Positions 42,275-56,299 of a DNA stretch of 64,000 bases are shown here, in pieces. Under the pieces are notes generated by a model, which saw nothing but the letters and a program-made list of their open reading frames with translations, searched no databases and was not told the origin of the DNA. The position numbers and the translations under genes were made by a program. This DNA comes from Eledone cirrhosa (lineage: Eukaryota). The stretch is taken from positions 253,084,001 through 253,148,000 of the forward strand of contig OZ024743.1 in NCBI GenBank assembly GCA_964016885.1, read 5' to 3'. Every line of letters begins with the position of its first letter. The first letter of the stretch is position 1.

Positions 42275-42470
42275 TGGATGGCCGTTGACACTTTTGAGTG
42301 CCTCCACCCTTTGTCGGGCTTAGATTTTCATCCCGCATGGTGTCCCTAATCACCCTCCTCAGCAGGCAAAGTTGGTGGGGTTGCCGGTTCAGTCACCGAT
42401 TACCCGACCACGCACAGGTTGTACTGGACTACATGTTACCAGCTACGCTGAAGAGCTAACTGTCATGATA
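42275..42470 (-). mobile_element. Diverged copy of the 18362-18560 repeat
   Basis: GGATGGCCGTT..CAGGTTGTACTGGACTACATGTTACCA..CATGATA. Confidence 0.55.
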
Positions 42471-42542
42471 TATATATAAATATATACATAACTATATATA
42501 TATACACATATATACACACCTTCACACACACACACACACTCA

Positions 42543-42611
<69 letters not shown>

Positions 42612-42687
42612 GCATATATATATACATAAATATATAAATTCGTTCAAAGAAGTAGGAAACAGCTTTTGTACTGCCATTTATAATAAA

Positions 42688-43450
42688 CTAGCAGTGGTAC
42701 CCGGCGTTGCATGGGATAGGGTATTTTGGAACGCGGGCCGCCAACAGTGAAATATATAACCTGAAAACCTGATTTTTGCATCGCAGGAGGGTCGACTTTA
42801 TTTCACTCGCTCCACTAAAAGTTGGATTTTCTTTGCTCATGGTATGAAGAAGAGACTGACTAATACATAGTTATCGGCTTTCATATTTAGTGTTATGTGA
42901 AATATATAACCGCCTTAGCTAAGATTAGTATTGCCACAACCACGGCTGGCAAAGGAGTATGGGTCTGGTGGTATGTAACTAATCAACAATGTTGCTTAAA
43001 ACGTGAGGAAGAAGTTGTGTGCACCTACGAACTGTTTGGGGAATGAGTGTGAGATTTGTCTTGAGCAAGGGTGGCAGAATAACCGGAGGCAGCAGAGAGC
43101 CAGACATACAGACAGATATTATAAGGGCGCGTCCTGGACGGAGAGGGAATTGTGGGAAGTGACATAATGCAGACAGCCAGACATACATACAGATATTATA
43201 AGGGCGCGACGTTATATGTATGTATCTATCTAAAAAGAGAAAGACTAAGAATTATAGAGCGAGATCGCTAAATCGTCTAATGCGGTCCCTAGGACATAGA
43301 AAGTTTGCAATTTATTTTGCTTAGAACACTCCCTGAAAGATAAGTATTACATGTGTAAAGTTTGAAAACAGTCGGTTGGGTGGCTCTCAAGTTTTAGGGA
43401 TTCGAACTCACACACACACAGACAGACATCCTCAGTTTTATATATAAAGA
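42688..43450 (-). mobile_element. Non-autonomous Helitron
   Basis: 5' A|TCTTTATATATA; 3' hairpin CCCATGCAACGCCGGG followed by CTAG|T; no TSD; termini resemble 22028-23722. Confidence 0.85.
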
Positions 43451-43531
43451 TTACTGTATTTTGAGCTGTTTTTCACTTCTCCATCTATGTTTCTAATTTT
43501 TCATATTGTTTTTCTAAAAAAACGATATCTT

Positions 43532-44408
<877 letters not shown>

Positions 44409-45409
44409 GATTCCTCAAACAATCTTGCTCGGACTTGTGCCTAGGGGCGAGATCCTTCAATGTGCAAATTCCATAGTCATTTGCGACCGATTGGTTTCAT
44501 ATTATATATACATATGTATACATACAAATACATATACATATACATACATATATATACATATATATATTATGGTGGCTGCCAACTCGTTTTCGAGTACGGC
44601 CACTACTTTATATCCATGTAGGAAAACCCCTACCGATGCGCTGAATGAGTGTGACTTTTTAGTCCAGCCAGCGACTTGAACACTCTGGTACAAACACTAC
44701 ACTTGTGACAATTATTGACACATAGTGCTGGGCTCATGGTACCATGTGACGACAAGTGCAGAGAGATCTCCAGATATAAAGCAATGCCTGTGCCGTGAAG
44801 CTTTTATAGTGAGCAAAGGCACTGCACAAAGTCAGTCCCACTCTCTTAACCAAGATGATATTTACCAAAAAGAAGAACAAGTCAACATCATTATTATATA
44901 TTATATATATATACATACACACACAAACCCACAAACACACATACACACCTACACAGATATATATATATATATTATATATATCTACCAAGCAAAGTTTTAT
45001 GAAGATGATATTAAATCATTATAGTTTTTTATTCTTTCAGACATAAAGAAAAGAAAAATGAACTCTAGCCCAAACCCCATTGTTTATATACTTAGAGGTT
45101 TCGCATACTATATTCTGATCTTTGAGTCAAGTATATCTGATTATATTTGCCTCATTGTTAATGGAAAATTGTAAAGGAAGCGATGACTTCATTATTTTCA
45201 ATCTTCTCTGATGACGCAATTTCTACGAAGAAGTACACACTCATCCACGCCAAATCATGATACAGCACATTACTCCATACGATACTCCCTGCCACGTTTG
45301 GACATTTCCACAACTCTGGTTGGCGGAAACGTTTATTAATTTATTTATTGATCGTAGGAAATTATTGAATAGACAACTTAATTATACACATTTGCATCAA
45401 ACTGCAAAT

Positions 45410-45440
<31 letters not shown>

Positions 45441-45622
45441 GGGGGGAGGGGGTGTAGGTGGGTGTGTGTGTTGGTGTGTGTGTGTAGGTATGTGTGTGTA
45501 GGTGTGTGTGTGTAAGTGTGTGTTGGAGTGTGTGTGTGTTTGACTAAAAAATGCCGAGAAGACGAACGAAACCAAGGCAAAAGGAAGAGATAGAGAAGTC
45601 CAGTGTCATCAACCGTCCTATA

Positions 45623-45725
<103 letters not shown>

Positions 45726-46070
45726 GTTTGTATGTGTATATAAGTTGATGTGTGCGTTTGTTCTTCTGCGATGACTATATATACCGAACTTTAGTGGTTC
45801 GATAAAAGATTAATAAAATAATTATCATATTTTAAGAAAAGGAACCGAGTGGTGAAAGTCGGTTATATCAACACAAGTACACGGGTAGTACATTATGTTA
45901 TCGACCTCTGGAAGAAACAAAGGCAAAATTGTCCTTGACGAGAGCAGAAAACAAATCGAATAATCTTTGAACGAAAAAGTTATTTTGTCCCACGCTTCCA
46001 TGTTTCCTAGAGTTATATCTACCGCAATAATAGTAGTTATAAGGATATTGGTGCTACTACTACAACAACA

Positions 46071-46114
<44 letters not shown>

Positions 46115-46333
46115 CTATAATGATAATAACAAGCAGTCTTTTTGATTAACATTTCTCCTTTTTTGTAATCGACGCATAAATTCTATTTATTAACATATAT
46201 ATTCATTCCTGATATAATGTATGATTCACAATTCAGTTTCACAATATGTAAATTAAGCCCATTAAAGATGTTTGTAACTCTTGTACTTGGGGAACATTAC
46301 AAAATATTTCATTGAAATATATATTTATGTATG

Positions 46334-46395
<62 letters not shown>

Positions 46396-46505
46396 TAATT
46401 ATGTATATATAAGTATGTATATATATGTATATATGTATATATGTATATATAAGTATGTATATATATGTATATATGTATATATATATGTATATATATATAT
46501 ATGTA

Positions 46506-46572
<67 letters not shown>

Positions 46573-46757
46573 TTATATATACATACATATATATGTATAT
46601 ATACACCCACTTATCTCTATAAACATACATACACACTTTGGGATATCTAGGCAAGTTAGCTACAGTTATATAGATCTTCTCTTAATGTGTGGACAAGTTT
46701 GAAATTATTCTGACACTGAAATAAATGATATAATATAATATAATATATAATATCTAC

Positions 46758-46820
<63 letters not shown>

Positions 46821-46840
46821 GGGTGTGTGTGTGTGTGTGT

Positions 46841-46895
<55 letters not shown>

Positions 46896-47424
46896 CACAT
46901 ATATATATATGTATGCATGCATATTTAATATAATACTATAGAAACTCTATTTCTCAGTTATTGACATATATCGTGCTTACATGTAAGTACATGTTAAAAT
47001 GGACGGTTCAAACAGAAACAACAACAACTACTAAACCGAACGTCGGCAAAACACTAACTTCTGTATTTTTAGCATCAACATCATAGCTACCATCAGCATC
47101 CTCACCTCCATCATCATCATCATCAATATGATCATAGAAATCAGCATCGTCATCATCCACATCATCCTCCTACATCATCCTCCTAATCATCAATAGTGCC
47201 ATCTGAGCCGCCTCCACACACAAGTCTATGTTGTTCTATGGAACAAAAGGTGTATAAAATGATTCCACGAAGCACATTTACAAGATTAATGGCCACTGTA
47301 ATATTTCAATAACATAAAATAAGGTAAACCAATAACGAAAATGTATGGCATCAATGTGTGCAACAAAGAACCACTAGCAATAGAAAGAATATTAAGAGAA
47401 TAAATAGATAAATAAATAAATGAT

Positions 47425-47655
47425 AGCACGTGGTCTTGTGCTAAGAGTGTTGGACTTGAAATTGTAATTTCGTCGGTTCGATTCCTGACCTATTTTGTGT
47501 GTTGTGTTCTTAAGTATTTTGCTCTAGTGTACTCCGTTTTAAGTGTGAGCCAGAATCATCTGGGGAGTTTTAAACATTCGGTTATTTAACGCCACGGAAC
47601 TTAGGATAAGAAACAGCCTCTTGAGCCTCCTGGCTCGAGACAGGCTTTACGTTTT
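47425..47655 (+). mobile_element. Old tRNA-SINE, family B-like
   Basis: CGTGGTCTTGTGCTAAGAGTGTTGG..GGTTCGATTCC..TGTGTTCTTAAG. Confidence 0.55.
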
Positions 47656-47950
47656 AGATCAGTTAACGCTACATGCACAAACAACTAACGATGTTTTTAT
47701 CAAAAATGTACATTTAACATCAGAAGATCACAGCTCCTGTACTACAGGCATGTGGTAAACATGTCTAACGAAAGGAAATCGCAAAGCCAACCGTCCAGAG
47801 ACCCAGAGGTAGACAACATGCAATATGTAATATAACTTGACTGGTCTCTCATGAGGAACTAGAAAGAAAACTCAAACTAGTCTCAATGTTAACGACACAT
47901 ACACACATATAACTATCGTCATTAATCCTGGCTGCTGACCGAAAGAATCG

Positions 47951-48077
47951 CCGGACGGATTTTACAGGCATAACAATCGCGGAAGGGATGTAGGAAGTGG
48001 ACTACTACTACTTATACAAGCATATATTCACATATATACATACATACTTATACATTCATACGCCCACACACACACAC

Positions 48078-48123
<46 letters not shown>

Positions 48124-48287
48124 ATAATAATAAAATTGAAGACTAAAATCCAAAGAGGGCTCGATAAGGAAAATATATATCAAATATATAAGAACCGTAG
48201 AGCAAATATTTATTAAAATAACAGATTAAAGTTTAAGCAAAGAATCGCTGCTTTCACCCTTAACGGGATCTTCTGAAACTAAATATA

Positions 48288-48322
<35 letters not shown>

Positions 48323-48456
48323 GTGTGTGTGTGTGTGTGTGTGTGCGTGTGTATGTATAAGTATGTATGTATATATGTGAATATATGCTTATATATGTAG
48401 TAGTAGTCCACTTCTACATCCCTTCCACGATTGTTATGCCTGTAAACCTGTCCGAC
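47951..48456. repeat. Inverted repeat (about 47951-48078 / 48322-48456) with a family X copy in its central (TA)n
   Basis: TTTACAGGCATAACAATCG.GGAAGGGATGTAG pairs with CTACATCCCTTCC.CGATTGTTATGCCTGTAAA. Confidence 0.85.
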
Positions 48457-48480
48457 TACAGATCCTCCATCTCAACTCTA

Positions 48481-48516
48481 CTTTTGAAAAGCAGAAGAAC
48501 TGCGAAACCGGTAAAG
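48481..48516 (+). ncRNA. Minimal type I HHR, U3-A8 variant
   Basis: CTT TTGAAAA GCAG-aagaa-CTGC GAAA CCGG TA AAG; stem I is only 3 bp. Confidence 0.65.
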
Positions 48517-48623
48517 GAACCAAATAAATATATATATTTTTTTTAAATAAGTCTCCAGTTGCATTTTCGATTTCATCTTTTTTTTCTATATATACGCGTT
48601 CTTGAGACTAGTAAAATGAGGTA

Positions 48624-48711
48624 TCCTCTTGATAAGTCGGCAGACCTCGCAAGGACTCTATATCTTTGATATATTGTTTTTGTTTATGCCACGAAACTAC
48701 GTAGTCGAGGA
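48624..48711 (+). ncRNA. Type I HHR, U3-A8 variant with extended stem II
   Basis: TCCTC TTGATAA GT.GGCA..TATATC-ttt-GATATA..TGCC AC GAAA CTACGTAG TC GAGGA. Confidence 0.8.
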
Positions 48712-48942
48712 ATTTAGGAACAGTTTAGGTATGATACATTTTATTACTAATTATATCTAAATGTTTCTTCTCTCTTCATAATGTATTTTTAACTCTGATA
48801 CTGGTTCAGTCTGGTTCAAACTGAATTGGTCTGTCCCAGTCATTCATTGAGCAACATCGGTGAAGTTGGCACCCTTAACTCACAGTTGGGTGCGGATGCA
48901 TTCATGTATATATGTGTGTGTCCGCATGTATCTGTGTGTTTC

Positions 48943-49020
<78 letters not shown>

Positions 49021-49029
49021 GAATAAGAC

Positions 49030-49074
<45 letters not shown>

Positions 49075-50060
49075 GAATTGGCGCTCTGAAATAGCCGGCA
49101 AACGCTCTGTATAATCAGTTCCTGAATATTACTAGAAATTCTATAAGAATCAAACATTCATGATTTTCAGCAAACAGATGGAGTACTTGGCTTTGATAAG
49201 TACCAATCAGTACAAAACATAGCTCTGTCAGCTTTATCTCCCCTGTTTGCTGAAAATGTAAAGTAAGTGAAACTGTCACTACTCTAAAACAATAGCATAA
49301 GGTCTTCGAAATGCTTTTAATTAAGCATACAGTGTATTGCAAAATACACTATATATACATTCATACATATATATATATATATACAGTGGCGGAGTGGGTC
49401 TAAAAACATTGGTTGCCAGGTGATGAAGAGGCCCACCTACATATAGAATGCTATACTTTTGTAGCTGTCTCGGTGGCCTAGTTCGATGAATCATAGATGA
49501 TCCGAATCTGATGTTGGATCCGGAGTAGTGTTCCCGCTAAACGTATTCAGTTTTTTCTATGGGATGTAAAATAAAACCTGAAAAAGATTACATGTACCTC
49601 TTGATCAGGATTAAACCCAAGGCCAGGATCTCCACCATCGATAGTACCTACCGCCAGGCCACTGAGGCAATTACGAAAATCTTATGAAAATTCATACATA
49701 TAAACCTACGTTCAAAATTTTGAAATACGAAATTTCTATACATATTGTATAAAGCTATGCTAGAAGCGAAATCTTTTTTCTTTTCTATTATAAGTTGAGC
49801 GAACTTATGCAGCTTCATATGCAATTGACATTAATCACCTCATTTACACAGACGAGAAAACTATATATTGTAGGCTGTTTTCAAGTCCAGTAGTCGCAAG
49901 CGGGAAGAGGGATCGTCCTGACGAAGGCCAGTCAAGACTGAAAAGCATAGTTTGTTGTATCCCTTGCGTCTGCTGGAGACCACCAGTGGGCATTATCCCC
50001 CCGGTGTTTACATAGCTACGGCTTCCTAAAACCGTATTTCTTTAGAAATACGAAATTTCT

Positions 50061-50157
<97 letters not shown>

Positions 50158-50173
50158 TATTTATATATATATA

Positions 50174-50450
<277 letters not shown>

Positions 50451-50915
50451 CATGCATGAATGAATACACTAATCTTTAGAATGGTAGAATGTTCAACCAC
50501 TGATTTCAGCTATTTGCACTATTATATATTTTTGTTTCTATTCATTACCTGGAGAATGAAAACAGAACTACAGACACTAATGTTTCTGGGTATCACCCTT
50601 TATCAGTGCAGTTCACTGTTCACTTGCCAACTGTCAGAGCTAGTGAAAATATATGATATTCTCTAAAATATACAGTGACTGATCTGCTGATTTGCATATT
50701 AGCAGGCTGGCTGATCAGTCAGATCTGCATATTAGCAGATCCACTGATCAGCCAGATTTGCATAAAGGCAGACAGGCCAGTCAGTTTCCTGTATACAAGC
50801 GATTAATGGCCGGCTTTGCCATATTGAATAAAAAAAAATTATCGCTCTACTAGGCTGAATACAAAAAAAAGAGGCTGTTTGCATAATTGCAATCGAATCG
50901 GATATCATTAATAAT

Positions 50916-51100
50916 GTGGTGGATTGGCAGTATCAGTAGAGGGGCGGATGCCATGCTTTGACCCATAGAGTTACGACCCTTGCTATTCTGAGTTCAAATC
51001 CCGCCAAGGTTAACTTTGCCTTTCATCCTTACGGGGTCGATAAAATAAAGTACCAGTAATACACTGGATAATTGCTGGCCTTGTGCCAAATGTAGAAATA
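50916..51100 (+). mobile_element. tRNA-derived SINE family A
   Basis: TGGCAGTATCAGTAGAG..GAGTTCAAATCC..GCCTTTCATCCTTACGGGGTCGATAAAATAAAGTACCAG. Confidence 0.88.
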
Positions 51101-51154
51101 ATTATTAATATACGAAAAACTCAGAGTACATGTATATATATATATATATATACA

Positions 51155-52215
51155 CGGGTGTGTATGATTGTGTATAGAAGATTATATTAATAAAAGGAAT
51201 ACCAACTTTGTCTGATTTACCTGTTTTATTTACAATCTTTTAAAATTATAATGGTATTATAATGAAATAGTATGGTAGAATATTAAATGTTAAGTGTTAA
51301 TTGAACAAGTACTTTCATGCTTTCGCAATCTTCAGGTTCATATTCTGAGGTGACAGTCAAGTTTGCAATTTTCAACTGTAATGAAATGGGTAAATTTTGT
51401 GCCTTATATACAGTGAAAAGCGGCTGCAGAATGCTAAGTTTTGCAAACTGTATTTCGACCAATCGGTGTGTAGTTTCACTGAATTACTAAATCTGATTGG
51501 TTTAGGTGTCACGGTTGGTTGAGCATGTCTAACGACTTCTATTTGACCCTATCCAAAGCATCAATTGTTTTGCTATTTTTAGAAATGTTGAAAATAGCAT
51601 ATTCTAGGGTTTTTATAAAAAATCTTCAGTAATCATCAACATCAACAACACTTTTATTATTATTGTTGTTGTTTTTGTTAGTGGCGGTAGTCGAAATGGT
51701 CGTAGGCGTAGTCATAGTAGGAGTAATACCCCCAAGCATTATTATTGTTCATTTAGCTTGGGTTGGATTTTATCAATAACATTCTTTTCTTTAAATTGTC
51801 TCTTGATTTCACTTGGGCTCTGTAGTTTGTAGAATGGAAATATTATAAATAATTTCTGACCACATGTTGCTAGATGGTTACTCAGGGGTATCTGACGGAC
51901 ATATGGGTCTCGGGTCTGCTGTCGGTGCACCCGTGCACGTTCCGATAATGCATTTCCAGTTTGACCGACATATAGTTCTTCACAATTCGGGCATTTTATG
52001 CAGTAAATTAGATTTTTGCTTTTGCAGTTCATATTTGCATTTGGGAATATTTTTCCAGTTTTTGTGGTTTTTGTGTTCATATATTGACCGGTGTGTATGG
52101 ATTGACATATGCCACATCGACTATCATTGCATTTAGATATAGTGAATGATTGGTCTCTGTTGTTAAGGTCAAACTTTGCCTTTGTTAATGCTCCATTTAT
52201 ATTATCATGTTTCAC
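51155..52215 (-). mobile_element. 5'-truncated Penelope-like element (GIY-YIG + 3' UTR + HHR)
   Basis: CNDSRCGIC..NCKSKNLIYCIKCPNCEELYVGQTGNALSERARVH..QPKLN; HHR at 51302; (TA)n at the 3' end. Confidence 0.88.
51302..51340 (-). ncRNA. Minimal type I hammerhead ribozyme
   Basis: TGAAC CTGAAGA T-TGC-gaaa-GCA-T GAAA GTAC TT GTTCA; palindromic stem III AGTACT. Confidence 0.88.
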
Positions 52216-52675
52216 TGTGACCCATCTTCTCTCTCCTTCTACATATCTATTTCGTTGCTCTACTCTTCCCCCTTTTCTTTCTCTCCCTTTCTCCCTCTCA
52301 CTTTCACTCAACCTCTCTCTTCCAGCCACCTCATTGTTTCCCTAGCCTGACCCTCTAGCAGTCCTTTTCTCACTTACATTTGCCCACACGTTTTAAAACT
52401 TACGTTCAGCACCGTTATTGACTTGGATTTTCTTTCTTGAAGGTGCTCGCCATTTCTCCAGTTTGTTGCTTTTTCGCTGTTTTTCTCTCTTCTTCCCCTT
52501 TCCTTTCTATTTTCCTTTCCTCTCTCCTCCGTTTTCCCAATAACTTACCTAGTTATTGAACGCTCTGGGGTAGATAAATTGTCTTTAAAGCGTTGAAATA
52601 TCCGAGACCCCCTAGTAGACAACTGATGAGGAATACTCCCCCTCTCTGTTCCTGCTTTCTTCTTAATGTTTAGCC

Positions 52676-53245
<570 letters not shown>

Positions 53246-53504
53246 CAATAATAATGAGTTCAAATATCAGGCGATCATTTACAATGAAATAGCTCGAAGA
53301 AAAATTATTTCTGAGCCGTGTAATATAGGTTAACACAAAATTAATATATTTGATAAACACAAATATCCTCATATTTATGTTTGTATTGTAAATGACCAAG
53401 TTAGCTAGATAGAAATATACTAATAATAATATTACAGTTTGCCTATCATGACTTAAGATAATACATCATAAATCAACAAAAGCAAATTGTATTGGCAATG
53501 GCCG

Positions 53505-53638
53505 TAGTGCTTGGACAAATTTAAATTTCAAAATCAAACCTGTTCCGTAGACAGGTTTAAACCTTAAAATCCAAATATGTTTCGAATAATGAAAAAGTGG
53601 AAGAAAACACCGCATTTTGATCTCCTCAGCAAGCACTA
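53505..53638 (-). ncRNA. Mirror copy of the extended stem III HHR
   Basis: Reverse complement of 53900-54033. Confidence 0.75.
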
Positions 53639-53899
53639 TAAAAATTGGTATGTTCCACTTCAAAATATTTAGGAAGACTGTTTAGCGCACGAGGTAACCT
53701 CATGCGGTTATCCAGTGTCTAGCTAGCCTCATACTCATGCTGCTAGAAATAACAGCCGTTTGTATTAGCCCCATACAAACGGCTGTTATTTCTAGCAGCA
53801 TAAGTATGAGGCTAGCTAGACACTGGATAACCGCATGAGGTTACTTCGTGCGCTAAACAGTCTTCCTAAATATTTTGAAGTGGAACATACCAATTTTTA

Positions 53900-54033
53900 T
53901 AGTGCTTGCTGAGGAGATCAAAATGCGGTATTTTCTTCCACTTTTTCATTATTCGAAACATATTTGGATTTTAAGGTTTAAACCTGTCTACGGAACAGGT
54001 TTGATTTTGAAATTTAAATTTGTCCAAGCACTA
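53900..54033 (+). ncRNA. Type I HHR with a long extended stem III
   Basis: TAGTGCTTG CTGAGGA GA..TC GAAA CATATTTGGATTTTAAGGTTTAAACCTGT-ctacgga-ACAGGTTTGATTTTGAAATTTAAATTTG TC CAAGCACTA; stem II is weak. Confidence 0.75.
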
Positions 54034-54208
54034 CGGCCATTGCCAATACAATTTGTTTTTGTTGATTTATGATGTATTATCTTAAGTCATGATAGGCAAA
54101 CTGTAATATTATTATTAGTATATTTCTATCTAGCTAAGTTGGTCATTTACAATACAAACATAAATATGAGGATATTTGTGATTATCAAATATATTAATTT
54201 TGTGTTAA

Positions 54209-54284
<76 letters not shown>

Positions 54285-54573
54285 CTCATAATATAAATAT
54301 AGACTTTACAACTGGAAATTATCCATATAGACTTGGAACAAAAACAAGAATGAAAATGTATAAAATATAAAATGAAATAAAAAAAATTCAAATCCAAGAC
54401 CGTATCATAATACATGTTATCTTTGAAGTTGTTCGGAATAATATTTGTCGCAATCGAACAGAAAAGATAAAAAAAGGAGAAAGATGCATTTCAAGTAAAT
54501 AAATAATATAAAAATATATAAAACAATAAATGCCACCCGTGTATAAATTAGTATATGCTTGAATGTGAGTGTG

Positions 54574-54604
<31 letters not shown>

Positions 54605-54954
54605 ATGTGTGCAGGTATGTGCGTGTTTGTGTGGATGTGTCTATTGTTGTTTGCGTGTGTGTGCATGTATGACCGTATTTGTACTGTTCGGCGTATGTGT
54701 TTCTGTATGTGATTTTCAACTATTTTTCACAACATTCCAAAGAAGAAAGGAGCAGAGTTTGTATTCACTTACTGTCTTCTTTGACTCACGCTGTTTATAT
54801 ATGTAAGTAAAGGAGAAACTTTCTTTAATACATCCTCCTTTATAATTTTATCTTTTCTTAAATTTTATGTTAAGTTCATCTTATGCAATATTAGTTATAT
54901 ATATTTTCAAATGAATTGCGTGTGAAGTCTGGTGTTTGTATTTATATATAAATA

Positions 54955-54990
<36 letters not shown>

Positions 54991-55685
54991 TACAGACACA
55001 CTCACACACATATACATATATATATATATATATATTCATATACATATATATATATATAAATTCATATACATATATATAATGTGTGTGTGCGTATACACAT
55101 ATAAATACACATATAAATCATATGTACAAAACCTCCACAGCCTCTGTGATAATTCCACCTTTCGCAGCTCACTACACACACACACACACGCGCGCGCGCG
55201 CGCGCACACACACGCTCAGACACACACACACAAACATATATATAAATTTATATATATATATATATACTTCGTTTTTTAATTTGTTTTGCAAGATTTCTTA
55301 TCTGAAAACGTGTGTTGAAACAGATATTGTTATACTTTGGGAGAGTCATACTGCCAATAAAAACACACGCACCTGTTTCACTTCAATTTATTATGAATTT
55401 CCGGTTGGTTGGTTGGATAACCGGAAGATTGTTTATATATCTTCAAAGCTGTTTTGTCGCACATTCTATGACCTTCTCAGTGACTAGGTTTTTATTTTGT
55501 GCCTCTCCTTTGTTCTGTCCTACACCATCTTGTTTCTGTGCGTTGTGTGTTGTGTTTTTAGGTTGCGCATACATCATTTTGTTTGTGTAGGTCTTGATTA
55601 CATGAGTTTACAGGCAACATTTCTATTGAAACATGTGTAAGGATGTAAAATTGTTATAAAAGCTAATTTCCCCTATATATATTTG

Positions 55686-55739
<54 letters not shown>

Positions 55740-56224
55740 CTTCAAATCGTGAAATTCAAACACAGTAATCGCTAATAATAATAATAGTTTTAGGAAATAT
55801 CGTAAACTACCCGTGGGAACAGAATAGAAAGGCCAGCATCCTCCAGAGATTATTTAACTCTTCGTCTCTTGCATTCCTTATTTATCTATTTTTAAATATG
55901 TCTGTGGGTCGAATCCATGAAAGGATCAGTAGGTGGTCAAAATATTGCTTCAAACAGTACGTGTTTTAAATAGTTAGGAGATCTCTGTTCTTAAGAACAG
56001 AAGATAACTTTGGTTGGAGATAAGGCTTATTGTTGATGATCTGGTGAGCTCAAACATTTTCAGAAGTGGATCCATAAAATTTATTATAGAAACTTCTCGG
56101 ATTAACAAATTCATATTATATAGATTCAATTGTATTATGCAACAGAACATGACATAAATATTGTCGTAAGTTGACACATTAGCGGTCCAGCTAGACTGTT
56201 GTGCAACATTCCTTTTTCTAGATA

Positions 56225-56297
<73 letters not shown>

Positions 56298-56299
<2 letters not shown>

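Larger units (their letters stand above)
53323..54215. repeat. Near-perfect palindrome of about 890 bp (7-nt loop at 53766-53772) between (TA)n arrays
   Basis: Arms are reverse complements with about six mismatches counted by eye. Confidence 0.95.

Noticed and set aside
49912-49965. CTGACGA..GAAA near 49918, and CTGATGA near 45208
   Set aside because: Stem II is mismatched and stems I/III are not foldable; at most decayed remnants, so not called.
52215-52329. Basic N-terminus of ORF 51742-52329
   Set aside because: Derived from adjacent CT-rich low-complexity DNA rather than the PLE ORF.
52618-52660. CTGATGAGGAATACTCC as a hammerhead
   Set aside because: No GAAA, stem III or stem I partner follows.
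53466-54072. Duplicated 65-aa ORFs on opposite strands
   Set aside because: Consequence of the palindrome; non-ATG starts and no motif.
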